Shown: positions 15,039 through 26,125, numbered from the stretch's first letter. The stretch is DNA of 42,289 nt from a virus (IMGVR_UViG_3300017747_004117:1-42289), one strand, 5' to 3'. The notes: generated by a model not told the origin, from the letters alone. A program made the numbers and translations.

Positions 15039-17822
15039 TTATGGTGCTATATATTTAAACTGACCAGTTACCGAAAACCGTCTGTTCGTTACATCGGTTG
15101 GTGTAAATCTAACTTCAGCAAGGCCGCTCGATGTATTACCGGCTATTCTGCAAGATGTTCCTAAGTCATCTGATGCCGTACCTGATACATTGTAGGTAAA
15201 GTTTACAATAGTCGTTACCGGTAAAGTAAATGTGAGCACCGTAAGCGTTGCTGTGGTTGTGGGGTCTATGTCAACCTCACCTGAGAATGTATAAATATCT
15301 TCAGTGCCCACAACCCTTGAATATTTAAACTCATAAGCTGTTGAAGCAGCTACGTTGGTTGAGTTAGTGAGTGTTGGTGTCCACGTGCCGGTTGTTGCAT
15401 TACTTACTCCAACAGGTGCCCATGTGCTGTTTATTGAATCTCTAAACTCAAATCTATTGTTTGTATAATTGAATAATAACAGAGCGTTTGCAGGACTCGA
15501 AATTGCATCCCTTTCAGTTGTGTTCATTCGGGGAACGAGCATACCGTTTATTTTGCTCCTTGCCTCAAACATTGCTGAAGAAGTAAATGCAACATCATGA
15601 TTATTTACAGTGGTGTTATTAATAACCAATCTTCCATCAGCAATATCATACTTCATTCTAATACCATTCGTTCCGCCGTTTTCCTGACGAAAACCAACCT
15701 GTGAACCATCTAAACCTAAAATAAATCTTTGTGAAATACCACTCCACGCAATGCCTGGATAGTTCTCTGTTGTTTGTAAACTTGTTGAGTAATAAGCACC
15801 TCCGTAATGTGTTGTTGATGATGTAGATGCTAAGATCGAAGTAGCGTACCATGTACCAGATGGATTCAGTACATATTTTTTTGATCCATTAGGCCATATT
15901 TCAAAATCGTTTGAGTTTAATTTTATATATCCTGCACCCGAATTAGCACTATTTTTAAACCGTAATTCGTTAGTATTTGTAGCTGTTAAAAACAACTGTT
16001 CCCCATTAATCCCATCTTTCAATGTATCAACTCCTATGCTTGAATAATTTGGTGTTGATTCAAAATACTTATCCTTGTATCTTCTTAACGACCAAATTTC
16101 ATTGGTAACATTTCCAAGCGTTTTAATTAACCGGTCTTTATAAACGATCATTGAACTTGCATGATTAGCGGTTGGCCTTGTAGGTGGCAAATAAACATGC
16201 CACGTACCTGATTTATCCATGAACGCAGTGCTGTCAATATTTGAAGTAGTTGCACCGTGAAATCCACCTGCAAGCCACAACCTGCCATCCCATACTCCTA
16301 TATTTGGATATTGCAATCCCTGAAAAGGAATATTGCCAATATTAGTCCAATTAAGACCGTCTGTTGTGCTGTACACAGCTCTGTCAAATGTTTTATTTGC
16401 AGGTGTATTATCGTACTGACCTCCCGAAACAATATACATTCTGCCATCAAATACAATAAAAGCACCACTAATATTCTTACCCATATGAGTAAGTGAATTA
16501 CTTACCAGTGTCCATGTTACACCTCCATCACCGCTTTTCCATAGATCAGTATAAACAGAATCAACGATATTCAGAGTGTACTTCTGACCGCCGCCCACAT
16601 ATAGCGTATCGTTAAATTCAACACCAGCATGTAAAACCCGATTTCGGAATGGACTGTTCGAATTAACTGTTTCATAAATTCTGAAGTCTTTTGTTTTAAA
16701 AACCTTTGCACGTTCATCGCTTGTATTCAAATAATCTCCGCCAATCAAGTAAGTATAACCATCGTTCGAATGAATAACAGCAGGGGTATGTACTTTTTGA
16801 GGTAGCAGGCATCTGAAAGCCCACGTAACACCCCCATCCCAACTATGCCATGAGCTGTCGTAACTTAAACTTGCATTCCAGCCTCCAATAATTATAATAG
16901 TGTCCTTATATACTGCTGTTGAAATACCGTCATACCATTGACTAATAGGATTGATTTTTATTCGCTCCCATAAATAACCCTGTTCATTGGCATCATTTTC
17001 AGTATAAGAACTTTCGGGAAGATAGCCAATTGAATCAGTACGTGAAGTAGTACCACTGCCACCTGTTGCAGCAATGGTAATATCATTGGTATTCTGTGTA
17101 ATGGTTATTCCACTTCCTGCAACAATGCTTCTTAAATTTATTTTATTGCTGCTGGTATCTTTAAACACCTGTGATCCGCTGCCTAAATTCGTCGCACCGT
17201 TGATCAATGTGTAAGCAACTCCGCCGCCGCTAATCGTTCCCAAATCAATTAAACCGGTTGTTCCTGCAGGATATCTTGTACCGTTCACTTTTACAGCCAT
17301 TGCAAATACACCACCTGTATCAGGAAGATTCAAAACCCTTGTAGTTGTTCCTGAGCCTCTGTTTATTTCTTTATAAAAAGAAGAAGTTCCGAATACAAGT
17401 CTGTACGGAAACAGTTGGCCTGATTCACCACCAGAAGCAGTGTGAAAAACATCAACATAAGGTGTGCCAGCATCGTTTGTCAACTGTGCATAATTGCTTC
17501 CTGATATTCTGATAATATCATTAGTTGAAGTGTTTCCTAAGTCAGTTGTTTGTTGCAAAGTTTGTGATCCACCTGCTCCAGATACTTGTTGCCAACTGCT
17601 GCCTGTCCATTTATATATTGATAAAGCAACAACAGCAATTGCATTTGAATCAGCTTGCGCAAGATGCGGCGTGTCACCTGGAATAATTATTGTTGATTTA
17701 AACTTTCCATTCCGCCACTCAAATCCGTACGAGTTTTGTATTTGCCGGTTTCTTGTTGAGTCATATTGCCCGTACATAATTAAAGGCAGCAGAAAAAATA
17801 CTAATTGAATTACTCTTTTCAT
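15039..17822 (-). CDS. Large tail fibre/receptor-binding-like protein with a signal peptide and Kelch/BNR propeller
   Basis: MKRVIQLVFFLLPLIMYG|Q; fibre-like motifs (QTLQQTTDLGNT, LRSIVAGSGITIT, LVPRMNTTERDAISSPAN, GTWTPTL); Asp-boxes SWDGGVTW, SGDGGVTW, TTDGLNW; Kelch-like GG motifs. Confidence 0.75.
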   Translation of the reverse strand: MKRVIQLVFFLLPLIMYGQYDSTRNRQIQNSYGFEWRNGKFKSTIIIPGDTPHLAQADSNAIAVVALSIYKWTGSSWQQVSGAGGSQTLQQTTDLGNTSTNDIIRISGSNYAQLTNDAGTPYVDVFHTASGGESGQLFPYRLVFGTSSFYKEINRGSGTTTRVLNLPDTGGVFAMAVKVNGTRYPAGTTGLIDLGTISGGGVAYTLINGATNLGSGSQVFKDTSSNKINLRSIVAGSGITITQNTNDITIAATGGSGTTSRTDSIGYLPESSYTENDANEQGYLWERIKINPISQWYDGISTAVYKDTIIIIGGWNASLSYDSSWHSWDGGVTWAFRCLLPQKVHTPAVIHSNDGYTYLIGGDYLNTSDERAKVFKTKDFRIYETVNSNSPFRNRVLHAGVEFNDTLYVGGGQKYTLNIVDSVYTDLWKSGDGGVTWTLVSNSLTHMGKNISGAFIVFDGRMYIVSGGQYDNTPANKTFDRAVYSTTDGLNWTNIGNIPFQGLQYPNIGVWDGRLWLAGGFHGATTSNIDSTAFMDKSGTWHVYLPPTRPTANHASSMIVYKDRLIKTLGNVTNEIWSLRRYKDKYFESTPNYSSIGVDTLKDGINGEQLFLTATNTNELRFKNSANSGAGYIKLNSNDFEIWPNGSKKYVLNPSGTWYATSILASTSSTTHYGGAYYSTSLQTTENYPGIAWSGISQRFILGLDGSQVGFRQENGGTNGIRMKYDIADGRLVINNTTVNNHDVAFTSSAMFEARSKINGMLVPRMNTTERDAISSPANALLLFNYTNNRFEFRDSINSTWAPVGVSNATTGTWTPTLTNSTNVAASTAYEFKYSRVVGTEDIYTFSGEVDIDPTTTATLTVLTFTLPVTTIVNFTYNVSGTASDDLGTSCRIAGNTSSGLAEVRFTPTDVTNRRFSVTGQFKYIAP

Positions 17823-17834
17823 TGTTTTATCGTT

Positions 17835-19220
17835 TTAAAATCTTCTTGAATATATTACACCTTCATTTTTTACTCTTACTTCTGCTGCACCTGGAACAGT
17901 TATTGATTTATTCCACGGTGCACCAAATGTTCCGCCACCTGTATCACGGCCTGTTGCCTGATCAGGATCACCACCTGATCCTCTTTTAGTTGTTTGAAAT
18001 ACAACAGTAAACGTTGTTTGTTTCATTGTGTCTGCTTGATATCCGCCTGGTGCATCAACAGGACGGTTGGCAACATCTCCACCATACGTTACAAAATCTG
18101 CAAGACCTCTTTGAAACAGTCCTTGCGTATTTGGTAACCTGAATTTCTTAAGTGTTGAGTGAACAACAAACTTACCTACTGAATCTGCAGGATGAACATA
18201 CAGACCTGAGGTCACAGTGTCATCAACAATTTTGTTGTTTGCTGCTAATACATTTTTTATCCACCAGTAAATTCTCGGATATTCATCACCGTCATACAGC
18301 GTACCATTTTCAATACCTGCAGTCGGATGATCTTTATATGACGCAACAAATTTTTCACCTACCATTGTAAGTCCTTTGTGTGAGCGTTCAACTTCCCAAT
18401 AAGTTCCTTCTTTTACAAGTTTCAGATATTCACCTTTTGCAACCCATATTTCACTCAACTCATCTGTACCTAATTGAAAACCGTCAAAAAATATTTTGTC
18501 AATACCATCGCAAAGAATCCTGGTTTGCTTTTGCAACCCGCCGAATGATTGGAAGAAATAAAATTTACCATCAGGAACAGTTGCAATAGACGGCAGTGTT
18601 ATTAATAAAGTTGCTGCTGCACTTGCAAGTTTCAATTTGTTATTATAATAAGTTGAATCAAGTACAGTATCAGCAGTTAAAGTTTGTATATCTTCAAACT
18701 CTGTTGAATTTGTTATTGTATTAATAGAACTTTTATAAGTTATTTCAACAATAAATACTTCCGATGTATCAAATGCGGTTCCGTTAATTACTTCTACAGT
18801 ATCAACCGCAAATGTCCATTCTGTTGTCGGGATAAGATACCTGAAACCTTCTTTAAATACAGCTGAGATATTTTTACCAATAAAATAAGGATCAACTATT
18901 GTAGTTGCACCTGGAGCAGGATCATAAGTTCCTCCACCATCACAAGTATAGTATCTCTTTTCAGAAATGATTTGATTTGAAGCTGCGTCAACTACATATG
19001 TTGCAATTAAAGTTCCAATTGCTGTTCCGTCAACTGAGTTTCTGAAATCAAAATTATATGTGACAGGATCCAAATCAAAAGAAGCATTAACTGCTGTTGG
19101 AGCAGGACCAAACGATTGTCTTGTTGCTTCTATAGTTGGAGCTGATACTTTACGGACAATGACAAGCAGATAGTCTGTGATACCTGTGACACCTATTGAA
19201 ATATTTACCGGAACACTCAT
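17835..19220 (-). CDS. Tail fibre protein with a tail-collar domain
   Basis: NGTLY...YPRIY, FRLPNTQGLFQRG, GGYQAD, EVRVKN. Confidence 0.8.
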   Translation of the reverse strand: MSVPVNISIGVTGITDYLLVIVRKVSAPTIEATRQSFGPAPTAVNASFDLDPVTYNFDFRNSVDGTAIGTLIATYVVDAASNQIISEKRYYTCDGGGTYDPAPGATTIVDPYFIGKNISAVFKEGFRYLIPTTEWTFAVDTVEVINGTAFDTSEVFIVEITYKSSINTITNSTEFEDIQTLTADTVLDSTYYNNKLKLASAAATLLITLPSIATVPDGKFYFFQSFGGLQKQTRILCDGIDKIFFDGFQLGTDELSEIWVAKGEYLKLVKEGTYWEVERSHKGLTMVGEKFVASYKDHPTAGIENGTLYDGDEYPRIYWWIKNVLAANNKIVDDTVTSGLYVHPADSVGKFVVHSTLKKFRLPNTQGLFQRGLADFVTYGGDVANRPVDAPGGYQADTMKQTTFTVVFQTTKRGSGGDPDQATGRDTGGGTFGAPWNKSITVPGAAEVRVKNEGVIYSRRF

Positions 19221-19232
19221 AATTTTTTATTT

Positions 19233-20192
19233 TTATTCTATACCTAAAATTGGAATTGTATTGTTACTGCCGTCGCCGTCAACATCACCAAACAACTTTC
19301 TTTCTATATTATATACAACAACAAGGCGAACGTCATTTGATCCTGTTGACAGTTGAATATTACTGCTTCTGTTTAAACCTTCACGCAATTTTATTTTAAG
19401 TCCTCTGAACGGATAACCTTCAAGCTCATCAGAAATATCAAAAGCATTTTCATCAACTACTGCAAAATACTTATCATCAAGCTTTACTTCTGCACATGAA
19501 AAAATCCAATTTAACTTATCAATCAACCAGTCAGGATTGCCACGTTCATCTCCAACAACTGCTTCAAATGTTCTGTACGGTCTTGCTTTCAGTATTGTAG
19601 GATTCAGGTTTTCATCTTCATACATATTCTTTGTACCACCTGGTTTATATTTTCCTATATACATATCAACTCTCATTCCAAGTTCAATTCCTGTTTCCCA
19701 AATTATATCTGCATGATACCGCGGATTTTTATATTCAATCAAAACAGTATTTTCATGTTTCTCTTTTATACTGATTGGCTCACTTATCATTGTTTTAGTT
19801 ACAGGTGCACCTGCTTCTATCTTTCTGAAATAACAACCAGGCTCAACAGCAGCAAGTGACATTTCAGATTCATACACATAAAAACCAGGTTCATATTTAT
19901 TTGACCTGACATTTTGAGCAAGTACTGTTAAGACAACTGTCCCGTCTGGTTTAATCAGCGAAATATTAATAGGATCAAAGTTGCTTTCAAACTGAGTCCT
20001 GATTGTATCGTTGACCTGCCACTTTTGCTGAAAAGTTTCTTGCTGCAACCAGGGCATATCTAAAAGTTGCTCTGACAATAAATAATCGTCAAAATGTTTT
20101 GTCAGATATTGCGGTACTTCTGCAGGATCAACTTCAACCCACTTCTCTGGATTTATAAACGGTATAAATAACTTATTAGCCATAGTAATCAA
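19233..20192 (-). CDS. Tail tip/baseplate structural protein
   Basis: Position in the tail module; beta-rich. Confidence 0.6.
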   Translation of the reverse strand: MITMANKLFIPFINPEKWVEVDPAEVPQYLTKHFDDYLLSEQLLDMPWLQQETFQQKWQVNDTIRTQFESNFDPINISLIKPDGTVVLTVLAQNVRSNKYEPGFYVYESEMSLAAVEPGCYFRKIEAGAPVTKTMISEPISIKEKHENTVLIEYKNPRYHADIIWETGIELGMRVDMYIGKYKPGGTKNMYEDENLNPTILKARPYRTFEAVVGDERGNPDWLIDKLNWIFSCAEVKLDDKYFAVVDENAFDISDELEGYPFRGLKIKLREGLNRSSNIQLSTGSNDVRLVVVYNIERKLFGDVDGDGSNNTIPILGIE

Positions 20193-22284
20193 TTAAATTT
20201 TTTATATCTGTCTCAGGCATACAAAGTAATTTATAAACCTGTTTCTTTCTGCTGCTTGGCTCAATACCAACTGACTCAGGTAATCCAAAATACTCAGCAC
20301 CTTTAAAAGTGAATTTGAAAACAGACAAAGGATTTATATTCAAATGATCCAGCAAATCAAGGTCACCTTGCGTTTCAAATTCAAACCATATTGGCTTGAA
20401 ATACTTTGCATCTAAAGTCGAAATTAGTACATTTTCTCTTTCCGCGATTAAAGGATTTCCTGCCTGCAATTTATTGTTCTTCGATGACGTTTGAAAAGTA
20501 AGATATTTTGATTCCATTAAATCAAAGCAACTTTTTATATACGACCCGTTATTTATCAGGCAACGCTTTGGTGAAAGTTCTATATTGTATACAGAATCTT
20601 TTTCAATTAAGCCAAGCGCAGTTGCATTAATTGACCTGTCAAATAAATAAGTACCGTCAACTTGCGGAGTCGCTTCAATATGAAAACAATAAATTCCTGA
20701 ATCCTGCTTGCTGTCTGTTGTTGCACGTTGTCCAAAACGAAGTCTTGTAATTTCGGCAGAATAACAATCAGTAATTACTTTAGAAACTTTATTTAATTCT
20801 TTTGATTCACGAAGTGCACCTGCAGACCATTCAAATGTATTATTAAATGATTCACGGCCATTTAAGTCTTCTTGCTGTTTATCAGGATAACCTATTTTTA
20901 AATTATTGAATAGAAATTCTTTTGCAGAAGAAACTTTCAGCTCTGCTATTTCACCTAAGTCAATCACAGACGTCTTATCAATTAAATCAATCTTGCGGTC
21001 CATCTTTACTTTACCTGCAGGCGTGAGTATTATACCTGCATCTTTGTATGTGTCCCAAAAACCATGAAAATCCGATATCGAAATTTTGATAACAGCTTCT
21101 TCAAACCCGCGCACGCCATCACCTGATGAAAAAACTTTAGTCTGTTCATTTGTCAAAAGTCCTGCTGCATCAATTGTAAATTGTCCCTCAGTTGCAAGTT
21201 CAATTAATTTACTGAATACATAGCCGGGACGAAGTGCACGTGTGATTGTTTGCTGATACCTGTATTTGTAATCTGCAATCAGTGAACCGTCTTCTTCGTA
21301 ACTGTATAAAGTAAAATCGTCATTCTGATTTGCAATCATAAAAGGAACTACACGGGAATTTGCAGGTACTGTAAAAGTAGTTGTTCCTTGAAAATGATGT
21401 TTAATATTATACAGCAACAAAGGATCACCTCCGCCTCTTGAATCCACATTATGATTTGTATCTGTTGTAGAATTTGATAAGACGCGCAATTGAAAAAAGA
21501 TTGTTGTTGCAAATATTGCACCTACACCAACGAGAGACGGTGTCATTTCAAAATCCCATGTAAAAGTCATCTCTTCAGGCTGCGCACCTGTTGTAATTAT
21601 TTTTTCATCTAAAGGCCAAAGCACTGCAACATTGTTACTTGTTTCAATTCTGTTCTGTGTAACCGCGGAAACTGCATTTATTGATTCAGCAGTGACAAGT
21701 GCACAGCTCAATGTATGTCCACCACGATCATCGGCAACAGCGCCATTTGAAATATAGTATTGTGCTTTTTGAATAAGCGCAATACCATCATTCTTTATTT
21801 CAATTGCTTCAGGAACATTTAAAGGCAGTTCGTATGTTGTATTTTCATTTGCTTTTATATATTTAGTTATTCCTTCCTCTAAGATCGTCACGTTTACACG
21901 CGGGCCATTGTGCAGCCATGTAGTTAAATCAACTTCACCTGTATACAATTGTTTGTACCAAAAACCATATTCTGTCGGGTCAATAAATAAACGCTGTTCA
22001 CATATCACTAAAACAATATCAGCTTCAACACCTTGTTTATAATATACATTTTTCAAAATAGCCGCACCATCTTCTACAAAGCCAAGCGGAATAGTAAATG
22101 AACGGTCAAGCCCGAAGTATTTTCTGTTGCGTTTATTTTGCACTGAAATATCTTTCCATCCGTCAGGATTGAATTTCAAAAAATAAGGATTGGATGAAAT
22201 TACAAGTTGATAGTTTGCATCAACCCCGTAAAATTGCCCGGTAGACTTTTTCTTAAATCCATATATGTATTCATTACCTATCAT
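20176..22284 (-). CDS. Tail tip/hub protein
   Basis: 702 aa, directly after the tape measure gene; NPDGW..I..KRN..YFG N-terminus. Confidence 0.65.
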   Translation of the reverse strand: MIGNEYIYGFKKKSTGQFYGVDANYQLVISSNPYFLKFNPDGWKDISVQNKRNRKYFGLDRSFTIPLGFVEDGAAILKNVYYKQGVEADIVLVICEQRLFIDPTEYGFWYKQLYTGEVDLTTWLHNGPRVNVTILEEGITKYIKANENTTYELPLNVPEAIEIKNDGIALIQKAQYYISNGAVADDRGGHTLSCALVTAESINAVSAVTQNRIETSNNVAVLWPLDEKIITTGAQPEEMTFTWDFEMTPSLVGVGAIFATTIFFQLRVLSNSTTDTNHNVDSRGGGDPLLLYNIKHHFQGTTTFTVPANSRVVPFMIANQNDDFTLYSYEEDGSLIADYKYRYQQTITRALRPGYVFSKLIELATEGQFTIDAAGLLTNEQTKVFSSGDGVRGFEEAVIKISISDFHGFWDTYKDAGIILTPAGKVKMDRKIDLIDKTSVIDLGEIAELKVSSAKEFLFNNLKIGYPDKQQEDLNGRESFNNTFEWSAGALRESKELNKVSKVITDCYSAEITRLRFGQRATTDSKQDSGIYCFHIEATPQVDGTYLFDRSINATALGLIEKDSVYNIELSPKRCLINNGSYIKSCFDLMESKYLTFQTSSKNNKLQAGNPLIAERENVLISTLDAKYFKPIWFEFETQGDLDLLDHLNINPLSVFKFTFKGAEYFGLPESVGIEPSSRKKQVYKLLCMPETDIKNLIDYYG

Positions 22285-25200
22285 CAGAAGTCAGTTTGTT
22301 CGTTTATATAATTCACCCACCAATCACCATACTTATGAATTGACATAACAGAATTAAATCCCGCACGCACGTGTAATTCTTTTTTGTTGCGTATTGTGTT
22401 TGTCAATATAGTAAGTTTTTTCTCTATACCATTGTCAACCTTTGTTGCGCCTGGTGCATATTCATTTATTTTACTGTCTCTGAATGCTGCAGCTATAATC
22501 GAATTGACCCACTGGTCTGCATCAGGATGAATACGGTCACCTTTACCGACGTGTGTCAGTGTATCTGTCTTAGGTGTAAAGCTGAATGATCCGTCAGCCC
22601 GTTCGTGCACTTCTGCCTTCCCACCGTCACCTACAATTGCAAGTCCTTCATAGTCTGTATAAAGACCTTCTTTGAATTTAGGAATCGGACGGGCAAGTGT
22701 TGCAGCCAATTGAAAAGCACCTAAAGCAATAACCCATGGAACAAGCGACGGATTTGAAAGTGCTTTAGTGGTTGCAATGGCTGTGTTTGCAATGATCTCA
22801 GCAATTGCAATACCGCGGTTAAAAACAGCTGCATCATAATCAAGTTTTTTCTGTCTGCGCGCAAGTTCATCTTTTTGACTTTGCGCTTTTACATTGATAA
22901 GAGAGATTGCATTTACTTTTTCCTGCTCAGATAATAAACTTAAATTGACTGCTTCAATTTCTTTTTCTTTCTTAATATCAATTTGCTGAATCAGTTCCTG
23001 TATTTTATTTTTCTCTTTGTCATATTGACCAAGCACAATATTCTGTAACACAACTGCACCTGCCCTGATTGCTTCTTCACGTTTAGTTGCAACTTCTTGC
23101 TTAGCTTGTTTTTTCTTTGCTTCAGCATCATTAAAATTTGCTGCATCTTTATCATACAGCGCTTTTTTCAATTCAAGAATCTTGCGCTCAGTTTCAATTG
23201 TATCTTCTCCAAATATTGCCTGGATTTGCAACAAGTCAGTATAATGTTGGATTTGTCTTTCTAAATCCTGTTTATCATAGCGCTTATTAATATCTTCCTT
23301 ACTCTTGTTATAATCTTCAATATTTGTTATACGGCCTTCAGTAAAATCAAGATCAAGTTTTTTCAGTTCTTCAAAACGCTGTTTCTCTGCGTCCAGTGAT
23401 TCTTGACTGTCTGTCTTATTAAATGACTCATCAAGATTCTTACGCATTTCTGCAACATGTTCTTTAATTGCTGCAGCATTATCTTTATATAATTGTTCAC
23501 GCTTACCAAAATAATCTTCAAGTATTAAGTTTGAATCAATTGAATACTTATTCTCAATTGCAAGTTTCTCAGCCGGCGTAAGTTCTTTATTCTGCAGGTC
23601 AAAGCGTTTCTGTGCAAGCAGAATAACTTCACGCTGTTCCTTGTATAAACGTAATGCTTCAAGTCTGTCCAATACTGAAAGCTTTTCATTCTCAGCATCA
23701 TTTAAAAGCAGTCTTGCTTTTTCTTCAGCAGACTCTTTTATGATTTGGAATGTTGCAGCAGCTTCACGCTTGGCAATGTCTTTTTGCTTTTCAATATTTT
23801 TCTCACGGTCTTTCTGTGCTTTGTCATTTGCATTTTTCTGAGCAGCAAGATTCTCAGCAATATTTTTATTCTTTAAATCTTTTAACTGCTCTTCTATATC
23901 AGCTTCTTCAGTTGCATTTCCTCTAAAAGTTTCTTGGCGTACTTTCAAATTGAATTGCTCACGCTCAAATATTTGATTGCGTATTGCCTGCAACTTTTGT
24001 TCACTTACACCACGCGCCTCAGCAATTTCAAGCTCACGTTTCAATTCATTCAAATTACCTTTATTTCTGTTGCGCTGTTTTTCCTGTTCATCAGATATAT
24101 CACCAAGTGCTTTTTTATGTTTCTCAAGTGCTTCAGTTTGTGCATTAATTTCTTCCGTTGTTTTTTCAGTCTCTCCACCAAACACACCCATTGCATTTGC
24201 AGCAACAAGAATCAATCCAATTATTACACCAATACCAGAAAGTAACAAAGCAATTCTGAATGCTTTCAATGCACCTGTTGAAGCGCCAACTACTGCTGTG
24301 TAAACTGATTGCGAAAATATAAGTGCTTTTGTCCGTAAATCCTGCACAAGCAGCATTGCAGAATTTTCTTTTTGCAGTGCATTTTGAACAGCCTGCAAAC
24401 TTTGCAAAATTGTCATGACAGCCTGCAATTTCACAAAGGTCTTCTGGAGCTCTTCATTTTCATCTCCGAACAAAGCTGCTGCGCCTTGCACTGCACCGTA
24501 TGCTCCAGCAAGACCTTGTGCTGCACCAATCAATCCATCAAAAACAAATGTATCACTGCCTAAATTTTTAGTTGCTGCTTTTACATCGGCTAACTGATCT
24601 TTTAATTCACCAGTCTTTAATGCAAGTTCTTGATAAGTTTTTGATCCTTTCAATCCTGCATTCTCTAAATCAATTAATGCTTTTGTATTAGCTCTGATTT
24701 CAACTGCTGCATTTGCAAATCCTGCTGACTGTGAATTTACCAGCTGATTTAAAAGTCCTGCTTCTTTTTCAAGTTGTTTATAAACATCAGTTTGCTGCTT
24801 GCCTTCACGCAGCATTACTTCCATCTTTGTATTTACATCTGCTAAAGACTTTTGAAGTATAACAACAGCACCTGAATAGTTACCAATATTTTGTTTTTGT
24901 TTCTCTGCAGTTGTCCCGGTTTCTTTTAAAAATTTATTATACCGTTCAATCTTTACAACAATATCATCGTATTGCTTTTTCTCTTCTTTATTAATTAAAT
25001 TCAATTTATCTTTCTGCTGTGTCAACACTTTTATCTGTGCAATTGCGCGCTCACGTGACCCAACAACAGCAAGTTCTGCCTGCGCATTTGCTTTCATTTC
25101 TGCTGTCAGCTTTTGTGTTTCAACACGGTTGACTGCAGTCTGCTTTGCATAATTAGTTTGAATAGTTTCCAATTTTGCCTCTGACGCAAAACGCTGTGAA

Positions 25201-25430
25201 AGAGTTTGCACATACGCTTTTGTTTCTTCCTTTAATTTGATTGTTGCTTTCAATCCTGCTTCAGCATTCTTTGCAACGTCACCGCTTTTCACAGATGTTG
25301 TAAGATCAACTTTCACTTTGCTTAGCTGATCATAGGCACTGTAGACCAACTTCAATTGGTCCTGGATAAACTTTGTGTCTTCTCCAAATTTCTCTCTGTC
25401 TACATATTTACTTATAAGTTCCTCAGCCAT
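22284..25430 (-). CDS. Tape measure protein
   Basis: 1048 aa, helical/coiled-coil, Ala/Gly-rich hydrophobic segments, PIPKFKEG...VGDGG.AE. Confidence 0.88.
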   Translation of the reverse strand: MAEELISKYVDREKFGEDTKFIQDQLKLVYSAYDQLSKVKVDLTTSVKSGDVAKNAEAGLKATIKLKEETKAYVQTLSQRFASEAKLETIQTNYAKQTAVNRVETQKLTAEMKANAQAELAVVGSRERAIAQIKVLTQQKDKLNLINKEEKKQYDDIVVKIERYNKFLKETGTTAEKQKQNIGNYSGAVVILQKSLADVNTKMEVMLREGKQQTDVYKQLEKEAGLLNQLVNSQSAGFANAAVEIRANTKALIDLENAGLKGSKTYQELALKTGELKDQLADVKAATKNLGSDTFVFDGLIGAAQGLAGAYGAVQGAAALFGDENEELQKTFVKLQAVMTILQSLQAVQNALQKENSAMLLVQDLRTKALIFSQSVYTAVVGASTGALKAFRIALLLSGIGVIIGLILVAANAMGVFGGETEKTTEEINAQTEALEKHKKALGDISDEQEKQRNRNKGNLNELKRELEIAEARGVSEQKLQAIRNQIFEREQFNLKVRQETFRGNATEEADIEEQLKDLKNKNIAENLAAQKNANDKAQKDREKNIEKQKDIAKREAAATFQIIKESAEEKARLLLNDAENEKLSVLDRLEALRLYKEQREVILLAQKRFDLQNKELTPAEKLAIENKYSIDSNLILEDYFGKREQLYKDNAAAIKEHVAEMRKNLDESFNKTDSQESLDAEKQRFEELKKLDLDFTEGRITNIEDYNKSKEDINKRYDKQDLERQIQHYTDLLQIQAIFGEDTIETERKILELKKALYDKDAANFNDAEAKKKQAKQEVATKREEAIRAGAVVLQNIVLGQYDKEKNKIQELIQQIDIKKEKEIEAVNLSLLSEQEKVNAISLINVKAQSQKDELARRQKKLDYDAAVFNRGIAIAEIIANTAIATTKALSNPSLVPWVIALGAFQLAATLARPIPKFKEGLYTDYEGLAIVGDGGKAEVHERADGSFSFTPKTDTLTHVGKGDRIHPDADQWVNSIIAAAFRDSKINEYAPGATKVDNGIEKKLTILTNTIRNKKELHVRAGFNSVMSIHKYGDWWVNYINEQTDF

Positions 25431-26125
25431 TATTTTTTATTTTTCAAAGTTTCATAATATTTGTTCAGACGTTTTATTCTTTCACAAAATTCAAATACTG
25501 TTATGGAATCTAAAATTTGATACTTAGCATGATCGGAGAGAGTGATCAGAATGCTGTTATAATAATTCTCGTTTGCAGGTTCTTCTTGTTTAAACCGGTG
25601 CTTCTTTTCGATTTCATTAAACTGGATAAGTTTTAAATCTATCTGTACTTTGAGCGCCTTGTTCCTGCTTGCAATACGACGGAGATCGTTATGTTTTTCT
25701 TCACCAAATCGAAATTGTGTTCCGTGAATTTTATTCAGTTCATCTTTCCAAAACTGAGTGTCTTCAAGTTCCAGTATTTCAATTAAGACTTCAGTCAGAT
25801 CAAAATTAATTTTCAACAGACTAACTTCTCTGTATAAAGATAAGTAAAGTTTATGTTCATTCGATCCTACAGCGTCAGAATATTCCTGTAATATGTTAAC
25901 CCAAGCCTGTGTAAGCTCTTCTTTAGGCGGTTTACCTTTTATAATAAGCTGATCCGGGTCTTTATCGCAAAGGCACTTGATAAAAATCTTTAACGGTAAC
26001 TTACTGATGGAATGATAATACTTCCAGGATATTGAATCCGCTTGTGATTGCAAATTCTGCTTCTGCGAATTTCCAGTCTTCTCCTTCTTTGTAGATTGCA
26101 ATATCTTTTTGATTTTGGATCGCAT
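25430..26125 (-). CDS. Hypothetical tail-module protein (possible assembly chaperone); start uncertain
   Basis: Immediately upstream of the tape measure gene; overlaps 26001..26204 by 125 nt. Confidence 0.65.
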   Translation of the reverse strand: MRSKIKKILQSTKKEKTGNSQKQNLQSQADSISWKYYHSISKLPLKIFIKCLCDKDPDQLIIKGKPPKEELTQAWVNILQEYSDAVGSNEHKLYLSLYREVSLLKINFDLTEVLIEILELEDTQFWKDELNKIHGTQFRFGEEKHNDLRRIASRNKALKVQIDLKLIQFNEIEKKHRFKQEEPANENYYNSILITLSDHAKYQILDSITVFEFCERIKRLNKYYETLKNKK

